From the NCBI RefSeq assembly GCF_018350175.1, contig NC_058369.1, positions 15,812,001 through 15,876,000 on the forward strand: DNA of 64,000 bases, read 5' to 3'. Within the stretch, counting starts at the first letter, position 1. Each line of letters starts with the position of its first letter. Source of the DNA: Felis catus (lineage: Eukaryota). A program made the position numbers and the translations under genes. The notes under the pieces are model-generated. The model was given only the letters and a program-made list of their open reading frames with translations. It was not told the origin of the DNA and searched no databases. Positions 60,531-64,000 of the stretch are shown here, in pieces.

Positions 60531-60934
60531 CATTCAGAGGACAGAAGGATGACTTTTGTCAAAGATGGCGTGGAGCCACCAAAGAGATTTTCATTTGGAG
60601 AGAAACAGTCGGATTTGCAGTATAGACGGCTCTCTCTGGCTTGCTTCTTCTTTTCTCTTCCTTCACCTTCGGGGTGCAGCAAGTACTGAGAAGTTGCAGC
60701 CCCATTTTGCAACGAGGAAGTTGCCAGTGAAGTGTAGAGTGGAGGGGCGGGGGAGGGGAGAAGAGCGAGTGGGGTGGGACGTGGAGGCAGAATGTGGGCA
60801 ACTCTTTCCGGAACATCGAATGTGAAGAAGAAGGCCAAGTTTGGGCCACAACTTAGGGGGAAAAGGAAGGTGATTAAAGAGACAATGAGGTCTACCCAAT
60901 TCCAAAGCTCTTATCCTTTTTCAAAGGTTAAAAA

Positions 60935-63290
60935 GCCTTATTTCAAGATAATTATAGATCCCCAGGTTGTGAATAGTAAGTACCGAGAAGTCCCAAAGAC
61001 CCTTCACTCAGTTTCTCCAATGGTTACGTAGTCCATACACGTAGTATAATATAAATAACAAGGATCCGATTCTGGGGCAACGCCGCGGTCATTTTTTGGA
61101 TTATGTAACGTTTTTATGTCATTTTCATTGTATGTGTGGATACGTGCGATCACCGTCACAGTCAAGGTACAGAATTGTTCCATCCCCACAAACTACAAAA
61201 AGGCTACTCCTTGATAATCACACGGAGCCCCCTCCGTTCCCCCCTTTCCCCTTAACCTAACCCCTGGCAACCACGAATTCGTTTTCTGTCTCTACAAGTT
61301 TTTCATTTCAAAAATGTTATACAAATACAATCATAGAACATACCATGTTTTGACCTTAGTTCCCCTTCAGCATAGCGCCCTTGAGATCCATATCCAAGCT
61401 GTTGTGGATACACACAATTGTAATTGGTAAGTAGCACCCCATGGGGCGGATGTACCACAGTTTAACCGATTCACCGATTAAGCCCGCCATTTTGGTTGTT
61501 TTCCAACTTGGGGCTACTACCAATAAGACCGCTGTTAACAATCGCGTACAGGTTTTTGTGTGGACCTAAGTTCTTATATCTCTGGGATAAATGCCAAGTA
61601 TTTCCATTACTTTATCATATGGTAGTTGCATGTTTAGTTTTTAAAGAAATGAACACAGTCTTTTCCAGGGTGGCCGCAACATTTCCGTTCTCACCGGCAG
61701 TATGTGAGTGATCCAGCCTCTCTGAATCCTGGCTTGCAGGAGGTATGGGGATATTTCCTCGTGGTCTTAATTTGTATTTCCTTAATGGCTAGTGAGGTTG
61801 GGTATCTTCTCATGTGCTTGTTTGCTATCTGTATATCTTCTTCAGTGAACTGTTTCCTCCTGTCTTTGCCCATTTTCTAACTGGATTTCTTCAATGGTGA
61901 GTTTCGAGAGAACTTTATATATTGGAGATACGAGTTTTATCAGATATGTGGTTTGCAAATTTTCTCCCAGTCTGTAGCATGATTTTTCATCCTCATAAGA
62001 GAGTTTTTTACAGTGTCAAAGTTTCCCCCCCCCCCCTTGGATGAAGCCCAGCCTTTCAATATTTCATTTTATGGATTATGCTTTGGTGTCATGTCTGGGA
62101 ACTCTTCACAAGTCATAGGTTTGAAAGATTTTCTTTCATGTTATTTTCTAAAAGTGTCATAGTTTTATGTTTTACATTAAATCTAAGATCCATTTTGAGT
62201 TACTTTTTAAATAAATGCGAGGTTAGGTTGGGGTTATTTATTTCTTTATTTCTGCCTGTAGATGTACAATTACTCAACCACAGTTTGTTGAAAAGACAAT
62301 CCTTCTAATGATTTCTTTGGCATCTTTGTCAAAATCAGTTTGCTATATCTGGGTGGGTTCTTTCTGGGTTCTCTATTCTCTTATGTTATCCTATGTGTCT
62401 CTCCTTCTGCCACAACCACACAATCTTGAGTATTATACCTGTATAATAAGTCTTGAAATAGGGTAGAGTGATTCCTCCCATTTTGTTATTCTTTTTCAAA
62501 AATGTTTTAGCTGTTCTGGCTCCTTTGCCTTCCATAGACATTGTAGAACAATCTTGTCTATCTCTATAGAAATCTCTCCAGGATTTTGAAAGGAACTTTG
62601 AATGTTAAACTTATATATCAACTTGGGGAGAATTGACACCTTTACTATGTGGAGTCTTCCAATCCATGAACATGGTAAGTCTCTCCATTTATTCAGATCT
62701 TTGATTTCTTTCCTCGATATTTTGTAGTGTTCAGTATACTCATCCTATACAGGCTTTGTTAGATTTACACCTAAGTATTTGCTGGGTTGTTGTTGGTGTT
62801 GTTATTGTTTTTGAGTGCTTATAAATTGTATTTAATATTGGTGTTCATTGCCCATTGCTAATATGCACAAATAGAACTTAATTATGTATATTTGTCTTGT
62901 ATTCTGTGACATTGCTGAAGTCACTTATTAGTTCTAGAGGTTTTTTTTTTTGTTTCTTTTGGTAGATTCCTTGGGTATATTCTGCATAGACAATCATGTC
63001 ATCTGCAAATAGAGATAATTTTATTCTGTCATATGTGCATTTTATTTCCTTTGCTTAGCTTAGTGCACAGGTAGAATTTCCTGTATATGTCAGCTAAAAG
63101 TGGTGAGAGTGGACATTTTTGCCTTTTTCTGAAACTTAGAGGGAAAAAGCAGTCAGTCTCTCATCATTAAGTATAATGTTAAGTGTAGGTTTTTTGTGAA
63201 TGCTCTTAATCAAGTTGAGGAAGTTTCTCTATTTTCCTGTTTTTCCTGGGAATTTTTATCATGAATGAATGTTGAACTCTATCAAATGTT
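60935..63290 (-). mobile_element. Old L1 (L1MC-like) 3' end plus ORF2 remnant
   Basis: ACCCTTCACTCAGTTTCTCCAATGG, CCCTGGCAACCAC, ATCAGATATGTGGTTTGCAAAT, ACAATCATGTCATCTGCAAATAG. Confidence 0.88.
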
Positions 63291-63439
63291 GAATTTTTTT
63301 TATTATCACTTTGGCTAAATAGGTGGCCAAGCATTTTTTTTAGTGTCCCATGATCCCATTTTCCAAGTATTCAAACTTTTTTATCTTTTTGACAACTTTT
63401 GAATTTTGCCTTCCCAAATCAAATCATGTTTTTTGGTGT

Positions 63440-63656
63440 TTTTTTTTTTTTTTTTTTTTTTTTGAGACAGAGAGAGACAGAGCATGAACGGGGAAGGGGC
63501 AGAGAGAGAGGGAGACACAGAATCGCAGAATCGGAAGCAGGCTCCAGGCTCTGAGCCATCAGCCCAGAGCCCGACCCGGGGCTCGAACTCATGGACTGCG
63601 AGTTCGTGACCTGGCTGAAGTCGGACGCTTAACCGACTGAGCCACCCAGGCGCCCC
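63440..63656 (-). mobile_element. Young SINEC_Fc-type SINE with an 8-bp internal duplication (CAGAATCG x2), nested in the tail of the next SINE
   Basis: Diagnostic positions; TGGTGT on both sides. Confidence 0.93.
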
Positions 63657-63664
63657 TGGTGTGT

Positions 63665-63870
63665 TTTCTTTTTTTATTGTTTGTTTATTTTTGAGAGAGA
63701 GTGCACATGTGTGAGGGAGAGGCAGACAGAGAGGGAGAGAGAATCCCAAGCAGCTCCGTGCTGTCAGCACAGAGTCCCAGGCGACATGGGGCTCGATCCT
63801 GTGACACCATGACCTGAGCTGAAATCAAGAGTCAGATGCTTAACCAACTGAGCCACCCAGACACTGCCCC
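63665..63870 (-). mobile_element. CAN/SINEC SINE
   Basis: Outer TSD CCAAATCAAATC. Confidence 0.9.
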
Positions 63871-64000
63871 AAATCAAATCCTAAATGAAACCTTGATTCA
63901 AATCGATCTTGAGATTTCTTAGAGGGTCCCTGGAAAATCAAAAAGAATTTGTTCTTTCACTTTTGTAAAAAGAGAGATATTAAAAATAATTTGGCTTCTT

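Larger units (their letters stand above)
63300..64000. mobile_element. ERV1 (MER4-group-like) internal fragment, interrupted by two SINEs
   Basis: AGAGGGTCCCTGGAAAATC...AAAAGAGAGATATTAAA resembles MER4-group internal sequence. Confidence 0.45.

Noticed and set aside
5635..63770. Recurrent ORFs such as MAQSVEHLTSAQV... and MNGGGAEREGDTESE...
   Set aside because: Translations of SINEC copies; not a gene family and not a CRISPR-like array.
12760..64000. A second chemokine receptor (CCR1/CCR3) or a novel gene system upstream of XCR1
   Set aside because: No 7TM-like ORF or coherent exon chain is visible; small spliced exons of non-coding transcripts cannot be excluded by eye.

Overview
Mammalian DNA, almost certainly from a cat-family (felid) genome, judging by about 32 tRNA-derived carnivore SINEs (CAN/SINEC, including the young SINEC_Fc type) and feliform-type L1 3' ends. 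The only supportable protein-coding gene is the chemokine receptor XCR1 (single coding exon, 4680-5675, minus strand). From splice and poly(A) signals I infer a short non-coding first exon and promoter at about 12447-12700, a roughly 6.75-kb intron and a roughly 3.5-kb 3'UTR ending near 1141. The remaining ~51 kb upstream has no recognisable gene. It consists of SINE, L1, MaLR/ERV-L and hAT remnants, several CpG-rich patches, candidate PU.1/IRF and NF-kB element clusters, and a 34-nt U2 snRNA retro-fragment. I found no convincing previously undescribed multi-gene system. The most interesting signals concern XCR1 regulation (overlapping uORF, antisense SINE beside the branch point, ECL2 sequon, EICE/ISRE clusters) and mutational processes (a templated 57-bp insertion, a hairpin-bounded duplication, AT-to-GC drift of old repeats). 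Repeat-family names and ortholog comparisons come from memory of consensus sequences and need RepeatMasker/BLAST confirmation; repeat boundaries are approximate.
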